64,000 nucleotides of DNA from Opitutales bacterium. GTDB lineage: Bacteria; Verrucomicrobiota; Verrucomicrobiia; Opitutales; JABSRG01. Both the position numbers and the translations under genes were made by a program. This document shows, piece by piece, positions 1-9,739 of this stretch (position 1 is the stretch's first letter; every line of letters begins with the position of its first letter). The DNA lies in assembly GCA_049599475.1 (NCBI GenBank), contig JBMYOQ010000016.1, forward strand, positions 1 through 64,000, read 5' to 3'. Under the pieces are notes generated by a model that was not told the origin of the DNA, did no database searches, and was given only the letters and a program-made list of their open reading frames with translations.

Positions 1-162
1 TTTACTGAAAAAATCAATATTATGCTCGGCATAGAAACACAGTTGCTACCGAGGACATCATCGTCAAGGTACCGACATATCTAAGCCATCAGCGGCAAGC
101 CTAGGTCGAGGGTAGACCTCCCTCTACCCTTAAACAAAACACGAGCCTGACTCGTTAAAGCT

Positions 163-1896
163 CTACTGCTGCGCCTCGTCCGGCGAGCCTTCCTCGATCA
201 ATTTTGAGATGATTGAGCGGCCAAAAGAATTCGCCATCCGTGTCTCGAATTGCTCCATACGCGTATCAACTGCCTCAGAGTCGGCTTCGACTTCAGGAAC
301 CTCCATATCAGACACATAGACAAAATACCCCTTAGACCCCGCGGTCAGCATTGGAGATACCTCTCCTGGCTCCATTCCGGTGAGAGCCGATGTCACAGTA
401 GAGATTAGACCTTCGCGGCGATCATTTGACTTCACAGCATCGAAGGTAGAGAGAACCGATGCCTCTTTATCAGCCAGGCCTTCAAGATCTGAGCCTCCAA
501 GGAAACTATCTACCAAGGACTCCATTGAGGGCACCAAGCTCGAGCCGTAGACAGCGCTGCTGAAGGCTTCGCCGCCTTCCACTGCAGCCTTAAATTGCTC
601 AGAGAGCTCAACACCTTTCTCGTTGAACAGGCGATCCTTCTCAGCACGACGGTAATCATTGCGCACGCGTGCTTGGACCGTTTCAAATGCGGGAATTTCC
701 GCAGGTATACGGCTCTTGAAGAAGAAGACACCCATGTCTCCATTATTTAGACGAACCGCATCCGTAAAATATTTCTCAGGGCTCAACTCGTGAAGCATGC
801 TCACCAGCTCGCGAGGCATATCCCGGCCCAAACGCACCGATGATGAATTGGCTGCAACGGCTCCGAGCTGGATCAACTCTGCGCTGTAGGTCTCGAGGAC
901 CGCGTTGAAAGCATCTGATCCAAAGGTAGTTTCCGCCGTGTAGAGATCGTAAGCCAGAGCACTTGCCTTTTCTTCGACTACGGAGCGCGCACGCTCTGTT
1001 TTTGCCTCTTCTAGGTAATCGGCTTCAACGGCATCTCTCACATCTGCCAAGGAAAACGCCTCCTCAGTGACATCTTCTGGCTTACTGGCGAGATACTTTG
1101 AGCGGTTCTGGTCAAAATAAGTAGCCAACACGTCTTCCGCAGCAGTGATCTCAAGCGTTTCAGCGGTTCCCTCGATGCTAAATTGAACCCATGCAGCGTC
1201 TACCTTCTCGGCTATCTCGTAGCGTGTGAGATTCTCGTTGTAGTAAGCCTGCAAGGCCTCGTCGGTGACTTCGATCTCAGGATTGAAGGCTGTCTTATCA
1301 AACTCCGCTACAGCGATATCATAGCTCGTATTCTCAACCTCCTCTGCCAACAAAGCCTCAGTCTCCAGGGCAAAACCTTTTCCATTGAGCAGCTCGGTGA
1401 CTTTCGAAATGCGGTAAGCTTTCTTCAGGGCGCGCTCGATGTCCGCATCGCTCACATTGGGATTTGCCTCAAAGTTCTCGATGAACTCGACATAGGCGCT
1501 GTTGTCGTAGCTTCCATCGGGCTTCTGGAAAAGCGCCAATTCGGGGACAAACTCTTTAATCTCACGCGGACCCGGCTCCGGAATACTGAGTTGATCAGCC
1601 AGGTGAATCAGAGCAATGCGGTTGATTACCAAGAATTGCAGCATCTGCTCGTTGAATGGCGGGCGTCCTGTTTCCATCTGGGCGCCCAGCTCAGTGTCGA
1701 TGATCCACTCATCTACTTGGTCTCGGCTAGCCAGATCGACTCCGTAAAACTCGGCTCCAGGGCCCGTTCGCTCAGCACCAGCAAATCCCGGGGTATTTCC
1801 AATCGTGAAAACGAATGGGATGAGGAGCAAAACAAGCAGTGCTATGAAAATCCAGCGGCCGTTTTTGGCCAATTGATCTTGAATCCAAGAGATCAT
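163..1896 (-). CDS. SurA N-terminal domain / PpiD-like periplasmic folding chaperone
   Basis: 577 aa ORF with an N-terminal TM anchor (WIFIALLVLLLIPFVF), a SurA_N-like region and 'EVTDEALQAYY' segments typical of PpiD. Confidence 0.75.
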   Translation of the reverse strand: MISWIQDQLAKNGRWIFIALLVLLLIPFVFTIGNTPGFAGAERTGPGAEFYGVDLASRDQVDEWIIDTELGAQMETGRPPFNEQMLQFLVINRIALIHLADQLSIPEPGPREIKEFVPELALFQKPDGSYDNSAYVEFIENFEANPNVSDADIERALKKAYRISKVTELLNGKGFALETEALLAEEVENTSYDIAVAEFDKTAFNPEIEVTDEALQAYYNENLTRYEIAEKVDAAWVQFSIEGTAETLEITAAEDVLATYFDQNRSKYLASKPEDVTEEAFSLADVRDAVEADYLEEAKTERARSVVEEKASALAYDLYTAETTFGSDAFNAVLETYSAELIQLGAVAANSSSVRLGRDMPRELVSMLHELSPEKYFTDAVRLNNGDMGVFFFKSRIPAEIPAFETVQARVRNDYRRAEKDRLFNEKGVELSEQFKAAVEGGEAFSSAVYGSSLVPSMESLVDSFLGGSDLEGLADKEASVLSTFDAVKSNDRREGLISTVTSALTGMEPGEVSPMLTAGSKGYFVYVSDMEVPEVEADSEAVDTRMEQFETRMANSFGRSIISKLIEEGSPDEAQQ

Positions 1897-2093
1897 GTGT
1901 AGGGCGAAAGTATGTTTAGTGAGTCCAAATGGAACCTTGCGGAACCGGTCTATTTGGATGAGGCAGGCGAGAGTGTCAACTTTTTGAGCTATAGATTGGG
2001 AGAGTTAGGCAAATCCGACACACCGAGCAACTGGAGATCCTAGTCGCAGGTCTAACTGTTTCTTCAAATCCTGAGCCCAGCAAGGGCTACGCT

Positions 2094-2903
2094 TTAGAAA
2101 GCGAAATACTGGGGCAAGTCTCCCATAAACGCACTGTAGGCCAAATACCCACTGCCCCCAAAGAGACACAATACGCCGACGATCATACTGGGAAGATTGA
2201 GTGTGAGCGTGGACAACATCGTACCCATTCCAAAAGCGAATACCGCCCACGCGTAGTCATAGCCCTGCAGAGACCAGAAAAAATAGGCAAAAAAGCCCAT
2301 TCCGAGCATCGCCCGAAATCGGACCAGTGGGAACAGTTCAGATGCGCTCAACACCAAACCCAGGCCCAAAATCAGATCCACAGCGAAGACAAAAACGAGA
2401 GGCCGCGTTAGCAGGTGTTCCCAATTTTGCTCATTCACAATGCCCTGTAGAAAATCAAAATTACTCCACCCGACTGCGAACGCGAACATGAGGAAAGATA
2501 AGCCCAATGCCGGCAAACTCATACCTGCGGCTTTGCTCTTCTCCTTATCTTTGCGTTTTAAATACTCCGTCTCTTTGGTCCGCCCCTCGGCGCTATCCAA
2601 TACTTCGGAAACAGATACGCCCTCTTCCTCTTCTTCTTCATCGCTCTCGGCATCCGGAATAACCTGCACCTTTTGAATCTTGGGCTGCGCCAGCTTCAGC
2701 GTGATCTTGTCTTCTTCGGGGAACAAGCGATCAAACAGCTCATAGACATCTCTAAGCGCTTTCCATTCACCTTCCCCTTCTAGGTAAAACAGAGTATCCC
2801 CGTCGATCTTCCCAGCCTCTGCCAAAGTCGCCAGCTGGTCCATATCGAATGGACCACGATTATCTTCGCTATCCTTGGTCCGTATAAAATACTCCTCGTC
2901 CAT
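2094..2903 (-). CDS. GYF_2 (DUF4339)-like domain membrane protein
   Basis: N-terminal 'RGPFDMDQL...GKIDGDTL...EWKAL' GYF_2 pattern, acidic linker, about 5 C-terminal TM helices. Confidence 0.7.
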   Translation of the reverse strand: MDEEYFIRTKDSEDNRGPFDMDQLATLAEAGKIDGDTLFYLEGEGEWKALRDVYELFDRLFPEEDKITLKLAQPKIQKVQVIPDAESDEEEEEEGVSVSEVLDSAEGRTKETEYLKRKDKEKSKAAGMSLPALGLSFLMFAFAVGWSNFDFLQGIVNEQNWEHLLTRPLVFVFAVDLILGLGLVLSASELFPLVRFRAMLGMGFFAYFFWSLQGYDYAWAVFAFGMGTMLSTLTLNLPSMIVGVLCLFGGSGYLAYSAFMGDLPQYFAF

Positions 2904-2978
2904 ACCTCTTTAAAATCCTTAGGGAATTACGGTGAAATTGGGGAAAGCTTTAAGATTCGGCACCACAAGTCAGTAGTT

Positions 2979-3800
2979 TTAGTGATCCCAGCCTAATTTA
3001 TTCCGCACCACATCAAACGGGCCATAATCCAAGCTGTGAATAAGCGTCAGCTTCTTTTCACACAGACTCACTTCGATGGGAAACAGGTCTTTGCAATCTT
3101 TGATAGCGCGCCCATCGATCGTCACCTGAGGCGGCACGCCATTGTCGCGAATCGAAACTGAGAGCTTCGTATCTGCGCCAAACACCACGCTGCGATTGCT
3201 GAGTGTGTGCGGACAAACCGGAGTCATCGCGATGATCTCTGCCTCCGAATCAATCAAAGGCCCGCCCGCGGAGAGATTGTAAGCCGTGGACCCTGTTGGC
3301 GTCGAAAAGACCAACCCATCCGAGTAATACTGAGTCACTAGGCGATCGTCGGCAAAGACATCGAGCTCAATCAGTCGATTGCCCTCGGCGCTCTTGAAGA
3401 CCACATCATTGAGGCCGACTTGCTCCACGCCGTCGCATGTCACGCAGCGCAACATGCACCGCTCTGAGCGCTGGTTGCGCCCCTGTAAAATCTCTAAAAG
3501 CTTACTCTCGCCCTGCTCCGCGGAGGACGTCGCCATGAAACCAAGCTTCCCCAGGTTGATCCCCATCACGGGAACTTGGCTACGATACGCCTCCGGCGCC
3601 ACACTGAGAAGCGAGCCATCTCCTCCGATCACGCAGCAGAGATCGGCATCTGCCAGGGTGCCCGCCGGAATCGGGTGCTCTGTAGTGATTGTCGCTTGCA
3701 CGCCGACTTCCGCAACCGCCGCTTTGAGGGTGTGCGCCAAATCCTCGGCTCCTTTTTTAGAGCGGTTCACTACGATGCATAGTCTTTGGAAGGCGGTCAT
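2979..3800 (-). CDS. nadK: NAD(+) kinase
   Basis: GGDGS, GINLGKLGF, LNDV and STPTGSTAYNLSAGGP motifs; start placed at ATG 3800. Confidence 0.95.
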   Translation of the reverse strand: MTAFQRLCIVVNRSKKGAEDLAHTLKAAVAEVGVQATITTEHPIPAGTLADADLCCVIGGDGSLLSVAPEAYRSQVPVMGINLGKLGFMATSSAEQGESKLLEILQGRNQRSERCMLRCVTCDGVEQVGLNDVVFKSAEGNRLIELDVFADDRLVTQYYSDGLVFSTPTGSTAYNLSAGGPLIDSEAEIIAMTPVCPHTLSNRSVVFGADTKLSVSIRDNGVPPQVTIDGRAIKDCKDLFPIEVSLCEKKLTLIHSLDYGPFDVVRNKLGWDH

Positions 3801-3896
3801 TGTGTCTAAAGATAAAAAAGCTACCCTCGCCCCAGCAATCAATGGAAAAGCATTATCAAGTTTGACCTGCCTTGCCGCGAAGGCCTTAAAACAGGC

Positions 3897-4694
3897 ATGG
3901 CGCTCATAGACTCTCTCTTCATCCTCGGCCCGATGCGCAAAGCAATGTGGCAGGCTTGGTATCCCTTTTTAACTCACAAGCTGCGCAATGAAGATGTCAT
4001 CTTCCTCAATTACGCCTATGAAGAATCGCCCACCTGGGAGATTCCCCTCAGCGATGAAGATGAGCCCAACCGCGCCTGCATCCAGCTCTACCACCACACT
4101 GCCAGCCAAATTGACCTGAGCGGCAAGACAGTCCTTGAAGTAAGTTGCGGACATGGCGGCGGTGCGAGCTATATTAAACGAACTCTCGGTCCAGCCCAAT
4201 ACACAGGCCTCGACCTCAACCCCAAAGGGATCGCATTTTGCCAGCGCCGTCACGCGATCGATGGGCTCAAATTTATCCAAGGCGATGCCCAATCCCTGCC
4301 CTTTCCAAACGCCAGCCTAGACGCGATTGTGAATGTCGAAGCCTCGCACTGCTATCCAAGCTTCCCCAAATTCCTCGAGGAGGTAAACCGCGTCCTCAAG
4401 CCCGGGGGCTCACTCCTCTACGCCGATTTCCGCTTTTCAGACCGTTTCGAGGAATGGGATTCTGCCATTGAAGCATCGCCTTTAAAAGTCATCACTGAGC
4501 GCAACATCAGCCCTCAAGTGCTGAATGGTATGAATATAAATTCCGAGCGCTCCAAAGACCTCGTAGAGCGCCTACTACCCAAATTCCTGCATGGGCCCGC
4601 GGCAGATTTCGCAGGTATCGAAGGCTCTCGAATCTACGAATCCCTGAAGAGCGGAGACCTCGTCTACAAGTCCTATCACTTCCAGAAGGCGTAA
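3897..4694 (+). CDS. Class I SAM-dependent methyltransferase, similar to the mycobacterial phthiotriol/fatty-acid O-methyltransferase family
   Basis: VLEVSCGHGGG SAM motif, GLDLN, NVEASHCYP, RVLKPGG. Confidence 0.85.
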   Translation: MALIDSLFILGPMRKAMWQAWYPFLTHKLRNEDVIFLNYAYEESPTWEIPLSDEDEPNRACIQLYHHTASQIDLSGKTVLEVSCGHGGGASYIKRTLGPAQYTGLDLNPKGIAFCQRRHAIDGLKFIQGDAQSLPFPNASLDAIVNVEASHCYPSFPKFLEEVNRVLKPGGSLLYADFRFSDRFEEWDSAIEASPLKVITERNISPQVLNGMNINSERSKDLVERLLPKFLHGPAADFAGIEGSRIYESLKSGDLVYKSYHFQKA

Positions 4695-4763
4695 ATTCCG
4701 CCATTTGCATCCAACAGTTACTTCACAAGTCCGGAGGGTCGCCGTCCCTAAAATATCCCCAAA

Positions 4764-4836
4764 GGTGGCACCGGATCACCGAGCCGGCACAAGCGACCAG
4801 AGTCGAGTCAAGCCCGCCCGGTGATCGGGCGCTACC
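4764..4836. repeat. REP-like inverted doublet (GTAG family)
   Basis: GGTGGCACCGGATCACCGAGCCGGC (4764-4788) and an inverted copy GGTAGCGCCCGATCACCGGGCGGGC (rc of 4812-4836). Confidence 0.6.
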
Positions 4837-4926
4837 CGAAATCACCCACTCCTCCGAAGTTTTGCCGAATTAAAGTTGTCGAAGCGGGCACTTATACATA
4901 CTTTCCCGCCTCCACACAGTTCAACA

Positions 4927-6048
4927 ATGACCCAGCAAAACGCAGAAAGCTCACCTTTTGATACCATCGAAAGCGCGATTCAAGAAATCGCCGATGGGCG
5001 TATGGTCATTGTGACCGACGACGAAAATCGCGAAAACGAGGGCGACCTCATCATGGCGGCGTCAAAGGCAACTCCTGAGGCCATCAGCACCATGGTCCGC
5101 TACTGCAGCGGGATTATTTGCGTTCCCATGCTGATTCCGCAGCTCCAAGCGCTCGGAATTCACGCCATGGTCGCGGACAACCAAGACGCTCACCGCACTG
5201 ATTTCACAGTGACCGTGGATGCTGCAGAAGGCATCACCACCGGAATCAGCGCTTACGACCGCGCGGTGACCATCAACATTTTAGGCGACCCAAAGTCCAA
5301 GCCATCCAGCCTCGTTCAGCCCGGGCACGTATTTCCGCTGCGCGCGAAATCAGGAGGCGTTCTCGAGCGCGCTGGCCACACCGAAGCTGCTGTCGATTTA
5401 GCTACTCTAGCGGGCCTTCACCCCAGCGGCGTAATCTGCGAATTGGTCAACGACGACGGCACCGTCGCGCGCCTCCCAGATCTCATCAAGTATAAGGAGA
5501 AATTTGGCATAAAGCTGATCTCCATCTCCGACCTCATTGAGTACCGCCATAAGCGTGAACGCTTGGTGTCCCTGGTAGGCAAGGAGCCATTCGAGTCCGA
5601 ATTCGGCACTTTCACCCTGCACGTATTCCGCAGCCACGTGGACAACCGTCAACACTACGCGCTCTCCAAAGGTGAGCTCGACGGCTCCCCGACTCTCGTG
5701 CGCGTGCACAGTGAAAACATCGTTTCGGATGCATTTCGCGGCACCTCAATTGGAAATTACCGCGGCCTTACCGGAGCCATGAAAATGATCGCTGAAAACG
5801 GCCACGGTGTTCTCGTCTACGTCTCTCAGCCCAATGGTGGAATCATTTTCGACGCCAGCGAGAAAGTCGGCGATGGCATGCGTTCGAGTAAAATGGATTT
5901 CCGCGATTACGGCGCCGGAGCACAGATTCTCTCTCTGCTCGGCCTAAAAAAAATCCGCCTCATGACCAGCACCCAGCGCAATGTCGTCGCACTAGATGGT
6001 TACGATCTGGAGATCACGGAATTTGTAAAGTGTACCCCAAGCACCTAA
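4927..6048 (+). CDS. ribB: 3,4-dihydroxy-2-butanone-4-phosphate synthase fused to a degenerate GTP cyclohydrolase II domain (RibBX-like)
   Basis: DDENRENEGDL, GITTGISAYDR, PGHVFPL and RAGHTEA motifs; the C-terminal domain has VRVHSE and RDYGAGAQIL but lacks the Zn cysteines. Confidence 0.92.
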   Translation: MTQQNAESSPFDTIESAIQEIADGRMVIVTDDENRENEGDLIMAASKATPEAISTMVRYCSGIICVPMLIPQLQALGIHAMVADNQDAHRTDFTVTVDAAEGITTGISAYDRAVTINILGDPKSKPSSLVQPGHVFPLRAKSGGVLERAGHTEAAVDLATLAGLHPSGVICELVNDDGTVARLPDLIKYKEKFGIKLISISDLIEYRHKRERLVSLVGKEPFESEFGTFTLHVFRSHVDNRQHYALSKGELDGSPTLVRVHSENIVSDAFRGTSIGNYRGLTGAMKMIAENGHGVLVYVSQPNGGIIFDASEKVGDGMRSSKMDFRDYGAGAQILSLLGLKKIRLMTSTQRNVVALDGYDLEITEFVKCTPST

Positions 6049-6058
6049 TTTTCATTCA

Positions 6059-6529
6059 ATGAGCCTAGATTCAGGAACACCTCTTTTACAAGATGCCCAA
6101 GGCATGCGTTTCGGCATCATTGCCGCGCGCTTCAACGGCGAATTTGTCGACGCACTCCTCGAAAACTGCGTATCGATGATCGAAGCCGCAGGCGGATCTA
6201 CCCAGGTCGCCCGCGTGCCCGGATCTGGCGAACTTCCCTTCGCCGCCAGCACCTTTTGCGATGTGGAGGCCTGGAATGCGATCATCGTCCTAGGCATTGT
6301 AATTCGCGGTGAGACTGATCACCACAACCACCTTGCACACGCTACGGGCCCGGTCCTCCAACAACTTTCGGTAGATACCGGCATCCCAATCATCAACGGG
6401 ATTATCGTGACCAATACCGTCGAGGAAGCTGCTGCACGCTCTGGAGCAGACATTAACCGCGGGGCCGAGTTTGCCCATGCCGCCATCGAGATGGCTCACT
6501 TCACTCAAAAATGCAAAAAGCAAAAATAG
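6059..6529 (+). CDS. ribH: 6,7-dimethyl-8-ribityllumazine synthase
   Basis: ARFN, VPGSGELP and GIVIRGETDH motifs; position between ribB and nusB. Confidence 0.95.
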   Translation: MSLDSGTPLLQDAQGMRFGIIAARFNGEFVDALLENCVSMIEAAGGSTQVARVPGSGELPFAASTFCDVEAWNAIIVLGIVIRGETDHHNHLAHATGPVLQQLSVDTGIPIINGIIVTNTVEEAAARSGADINRGAEFAHAAIEMAHFTQKCKKQK

Positions 6530-6981
6530 ACAAAAAGCCGCCTCAACGCCGCGCAAATCGCATGGCTGCTGTTCAGTTCATCTACAGCTGGGAGATGAAC
6601 AAACCTGAGATGCTGAGCGACGGCTTACGCACCTTCTTCGAAAACCAAGAGGAGCACCCACGCGAATACTTCGAATTCGCCGAGGAACTCATCGACGGCA
6701 TGATCGACAACATGGATTCCATCGACGAGATCATCAAAGAGCGGACTGCGAACTGGGACTTTGACCGTATCGCCAAGGTAGACCTCTCGATTCTTCGTCT
6801 TGCGATCTACGAGCTTTTTCATCGCCTGGACATTCCGCCCATCGTGTCCATCAACGAGGCCATTGAGCTCAGTAAGATTTTCTCCAATCCAGACTCCAAG
6901 CGTTTCATCAACGGGATCCTGGATCAGCTCAAACTCCAGCTCAAACGCCCGCTTCGTTCAGCAGCCACCGGAGATTTCTAA
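6511..6981 (+). CDS. nusB: Transcription antitermination factor NusB
   Basis: RRANRMAAVQ, NWDFDRIAKVDLSILRLA, INEAIELSK, FINGILD. Confidence 0.96.
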   Translation: MQKAKIDKKPPQRRANRMAAVQFIYSWEMNKPEMLSDGLRTFFENQEEHPREYFEFAEELIDGMIDNMDSIDEIIKERTANWDFDRIAKVDLSILRLAIYELFHRLDIPPIVSINEAIELSKIFSNPDSKRFINGILDQLKLQLKRPLRSAATGDF

Positions 6982-6992
6982 GAGCCGCGCAC

Positions 6993-7901
6993 ATGGGATT
7001 GTTCGAAAAATTCAAAGCTGGCTTGCGCAAAGCGACCGTCGGACTTTTCGGCGGTAAAAAGCTGTCACAGGACGACATCGATACCCTGGAAGAAGCCCTC
7101 TATGGAGCTGATTTCGGAGTGGAGACCAGCGAGGAAATTCTTGAAGAAATACAGCGGGCTTTCCGCAAGGACAAGGAGCTGAAAGGCCAGGAAGCCCTGG
7201 ATATCGCAAAGGCCGTTTTAAAACGCCGCCTCGAGGGTGCCGTGAAAATCTTTGAGCCCGAGGCCACTCCAGATGGTCCAAGAGTCGTCTGCCTGATCGG
7301 TGTAAACGGCTCCGGAAAGACGACCACCACCGCGAAGCTCGCAAAGCGCTATGCGGACACCGGAAAATCCGTCGTCCTAGGGGCATGCGATACCTTTCGC
7401 GCGGCAGCCAATGAGCAGCTCCAGACCTGGGCCGATCGCCTCGATATCCCAATGGTGGCCAGCCACCATGGAGCCGACGCCGCAGCTGTCGCCTTCGACG
7501 CCTATGCTTCTGCGAGCAAGCGCAATGCAGATATCCTTCTGCTCGATACTGCGGGGCGCCTTCACACCAAATCCAATCTGATGGAAGAGCTCAGCAAGAT
7601 TAAGCGGGTGCTCAAAAAGCAAAACGCCAATCTGCCTCACGAGAGCTGGCTCGTTCTCGACGGCTCACTCGGGACCAACTCCATAGACCAAGCGCGGGCC
7701 TTCCACGAGTCTTTCGGACTCACAGGACTCATCATTACCAAGCTAGACGGGACCAGCCGAGGCGGAGCCCTGGTCGGTATATTCCGCGAGCTCGGTCTAC
7801 CGATATTTTATGTCGGTTTGGGAGAAAAACCGGAAGACCTCATGGATTTTGACGTAGATTCCTACGCAGACGCTATTTTTACCGAGTCGTTTGCGAGCTA
7901 A
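6993..7901 (+). CDS. ftsY: Signal recognition particle receptor FtsY
   Basis: GVNGSGKTTT, DTFRAAA, DTAGRL, TKLDGTSRGG. Confidence 0.97.
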   Translation: MGLFEKFKAGLRKATVGLFGGKKLSQDDIDTLEEALYGADFGVETSEEILEEIQRAFRKDKELKGQEALDIAKAVLKRRLEGAVKIFEPEATPDGPRVVCLIGVNGSGKTTTTAKLAKRYADTGKSVVLGACDTFRAAANEQLQTWADRLDIPMVASHHGADAAAVAFDAYASASKRNADILLLDTAGRLHTKSNLMEELSKIKRVLKKQNANLPHESWLVLDGSLGTNSIDQARAFHESFGLTGLIITKLDGTSRGGALVGIFRELGLPIFYVGLGEKPEDLMDFDVDSYADAIFTESFAS

Positions 7902-7934
7902 TTCACTTTCCCCACCCGATACCCCGCACTCACG

Positions 7935-9044
7935 ATGCATTCATCTGAAATCCAGACCTCCCTCAATGTCGAGCTGGCACACGCCAGGTATCCGATTCAC
8001 ATCGGTCATCATCTCGAAACCAGTTTACGCGCCTTCATCGAAGACAAACACGAATCCGGCCATAGCGTCTGCGTAGTCACAGACAAAAATTTTACCGAGG
8101 ACCAAGAAGCCTTCGTCCAAGGGACTTTTGAAGGCTGCCCGATCCTGACATTGCCCGCTGGAGAAACGACCAAAGACGCCATCTACCTGGAGCGTATCTA
8201 CACCTTCCTTGCTCAAAACAAGATGGACCGCACAGGCTATTTGATCGCGGTGGGCGGCGGAGTCATCGGAGACATCACGGGCTTTGCAGCAGCATCCTTC
8301 CTTCGCGGCATTCGCTTTGTCCAGGTGCCAACCACCTTGCTCGCAATGGTCGACAGCTCGGTCGGCGGAAAGACCGGCATCAACATCCCCGAGGGCAAAA
8401 ACTTGGTGGGCGCCTTTTACCAGCCTGCATCTGTCTTTATCTCGACTAAGCTCCTCGAGTCCCTGCCCAACCGCGAATTCTCCGCAGGCATGGCCGAGGT
8501 GATCAAGTATGGGATGCTTGGAAATGTTGAACTCTTCGATCGCCTAGAGTCTTTAGATCGTCTCCACGCGACTCACCCAGAGCTGCCAGACGTCATCCGA
8601 GTCTGCTGCCAAGACAAAGCAAACATCGTCCAAGCAGACGAAAAGGAGACAGCGGCAAGCGGCGGGCGAGCCCTTCTTAACCTCGGGCATACCTTCGCCC
8701 ACGCCATAGAAAAAGTAGCGGGCTACGGCGTATATCTGCACGGTGAAGCAGTAGCCATTGGACTCATCCTTGCCGCTCGGCTCTCTGAGAAGCTGGGGCA
8801 CATTGGCAAAGATGTAGAAGAGCGCGCAGTAGACCTTCTTGTCCGTTATGACCTTCCGGTGCATATGGAGAAACCCCTTTCCACGGACAAGCTGATCGAC
8901 GCGATGCAGAGCGATAAGAAAGTGCATCGCGGCAAACTCCGTTTCGTCGTAATGCACGCCATGGGCGAAAGCACCACGCAAGGCGACATCGATGAATCCC
9001 TCGTCCGCGAGATCATCGAGAGCAGCCGAGAGCTTCCTTTTTAA
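7935..9044 (+). CDS. aroB: 3-dehydroquinate synthase
   Basis: GGGVIGD, PTTLLAMVDSSVGGKTGIN, LNLGHTFAHAIE, HGEAV. Confidence 0.97.
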   Translation: MHSSEIQTSLNVELAHARYPIHIGHHLETSLRAFIEDKHESGHSVCVVTDKNFTEDQEAFVQGTFEGCPILTLPAGETTKDAIYLERIYTFLAQNKMDRTGYLIAVGGGVIGDITGFAAASFLRGIRFVQVPTTLLAMVDSSVGGKTGINIPEGKNLVGAFYQPASVFISTKLLESLPNREFSAGMAEVIKYGMLGNVELFDRLESLDRLHATHPELPDVIRVCCQDKANIVQADEKETAASGGRALLNLGHTFAHAIEKVAGYGVYLHGEAVAIGLILAARLSEKLGHIGKDVEERAVDLLVRYDLPVHMEKPLSTDKLIDAMQSDKKVHRGKLRFVVMHAMGESTTQGDIDESLVREIIESSRELPF

Positions 9045-9163
9045 GACGATCTCCTGTCCTCGACGCATCAACAAATGGACCGTTGAGCCGTTGAAACATT
9101 TTGCCTAGCCCTCTAGGTAGGCATTGATCCCATTTCATCTCTCAACCTTCGTCCTTAATCACA

Positions 9164-9739
9164 ATGCAAGTTACCGAGGAACTGCTGACCTGCGCATACT
9201 TTGAGTCTCTGGGCTTTTATACGCGTTTTGTGGTTCCAAACGGCAAGGATGGCGGTGCCGATGTGCGCATCCTCGAGGCCCGCAACCCGGAGCTCGCTCC
9301 AGACAGCGCAAAGCACGATCACAGCTTTCAACTCTTCTCAGCGGACCTACTAAAAATATATGCCTTGTCTCTCATCTTGATTCCCTGGCCAAGTAGTATC
9401 TGGGAAGCCAGCACTCTCAAGAACAGCAAACGCCTCAATGCTGGCATTAAGAAGAGCCTGAAAAATTTAAAACCCGTCGCTCTTGAAAATAACGACAAGG
9501 AGCCGCTGATTTTACCCGTTCCCGCTTGGCCTACAGCAGAAGGCGACAAGAAACAGAGCACCGAGCTGATCCAGAGCCTAGGCATCCAAGGCGTCATCAC
9601 CTATCGCAATATGCTCAACAAACTCGCAACGCATTCCGAAGCACCTCTGTCCGGCCACAATCCGATACCCGGAACCCTGCGCATGCTGAAGGCGTTCCAA
9701 CTGCTATCGGATCCGCAGCGCGACTTTTTCTCACAATAA
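9164..9739 (+). CDS. Hypothetical protein
   Basis: 191 aa ORF filling the gap; its stop abuts the ATG of the downstream glycosylase (TAAATG). Confidence 0.65.
   Translation: MQVTEELLTCAYFESLGFYTRFVVPNGKDGGADVRILEARNPELAPDSAKHDHSFQLFSADLLKIYALSLILIPWPSSIWEASTLKNSKRLNAGIKKSLKNLKPVALENNDKEPLILPVPAWPTAEGDKKQSTELIQSLGIQGVITYRNMLNKLATHSEAPLSGHNPIPGTLRMLKAFQLLSDPQRDFFSQ

Noticed and set aside
1183..1902. 239-aa + strand ORF
   Set aside because: Antisense shadow of the PpiD-like gene, with no recognisable motifs
4695..4926. Possible FMN riboswitch upstream of ribB
   Set aside because: The conserved RFN motifs (AGGGCGGGG..AATTCCC.ACCGGCGGT etc.) are absent; the structure there is explained by REP-like repeats
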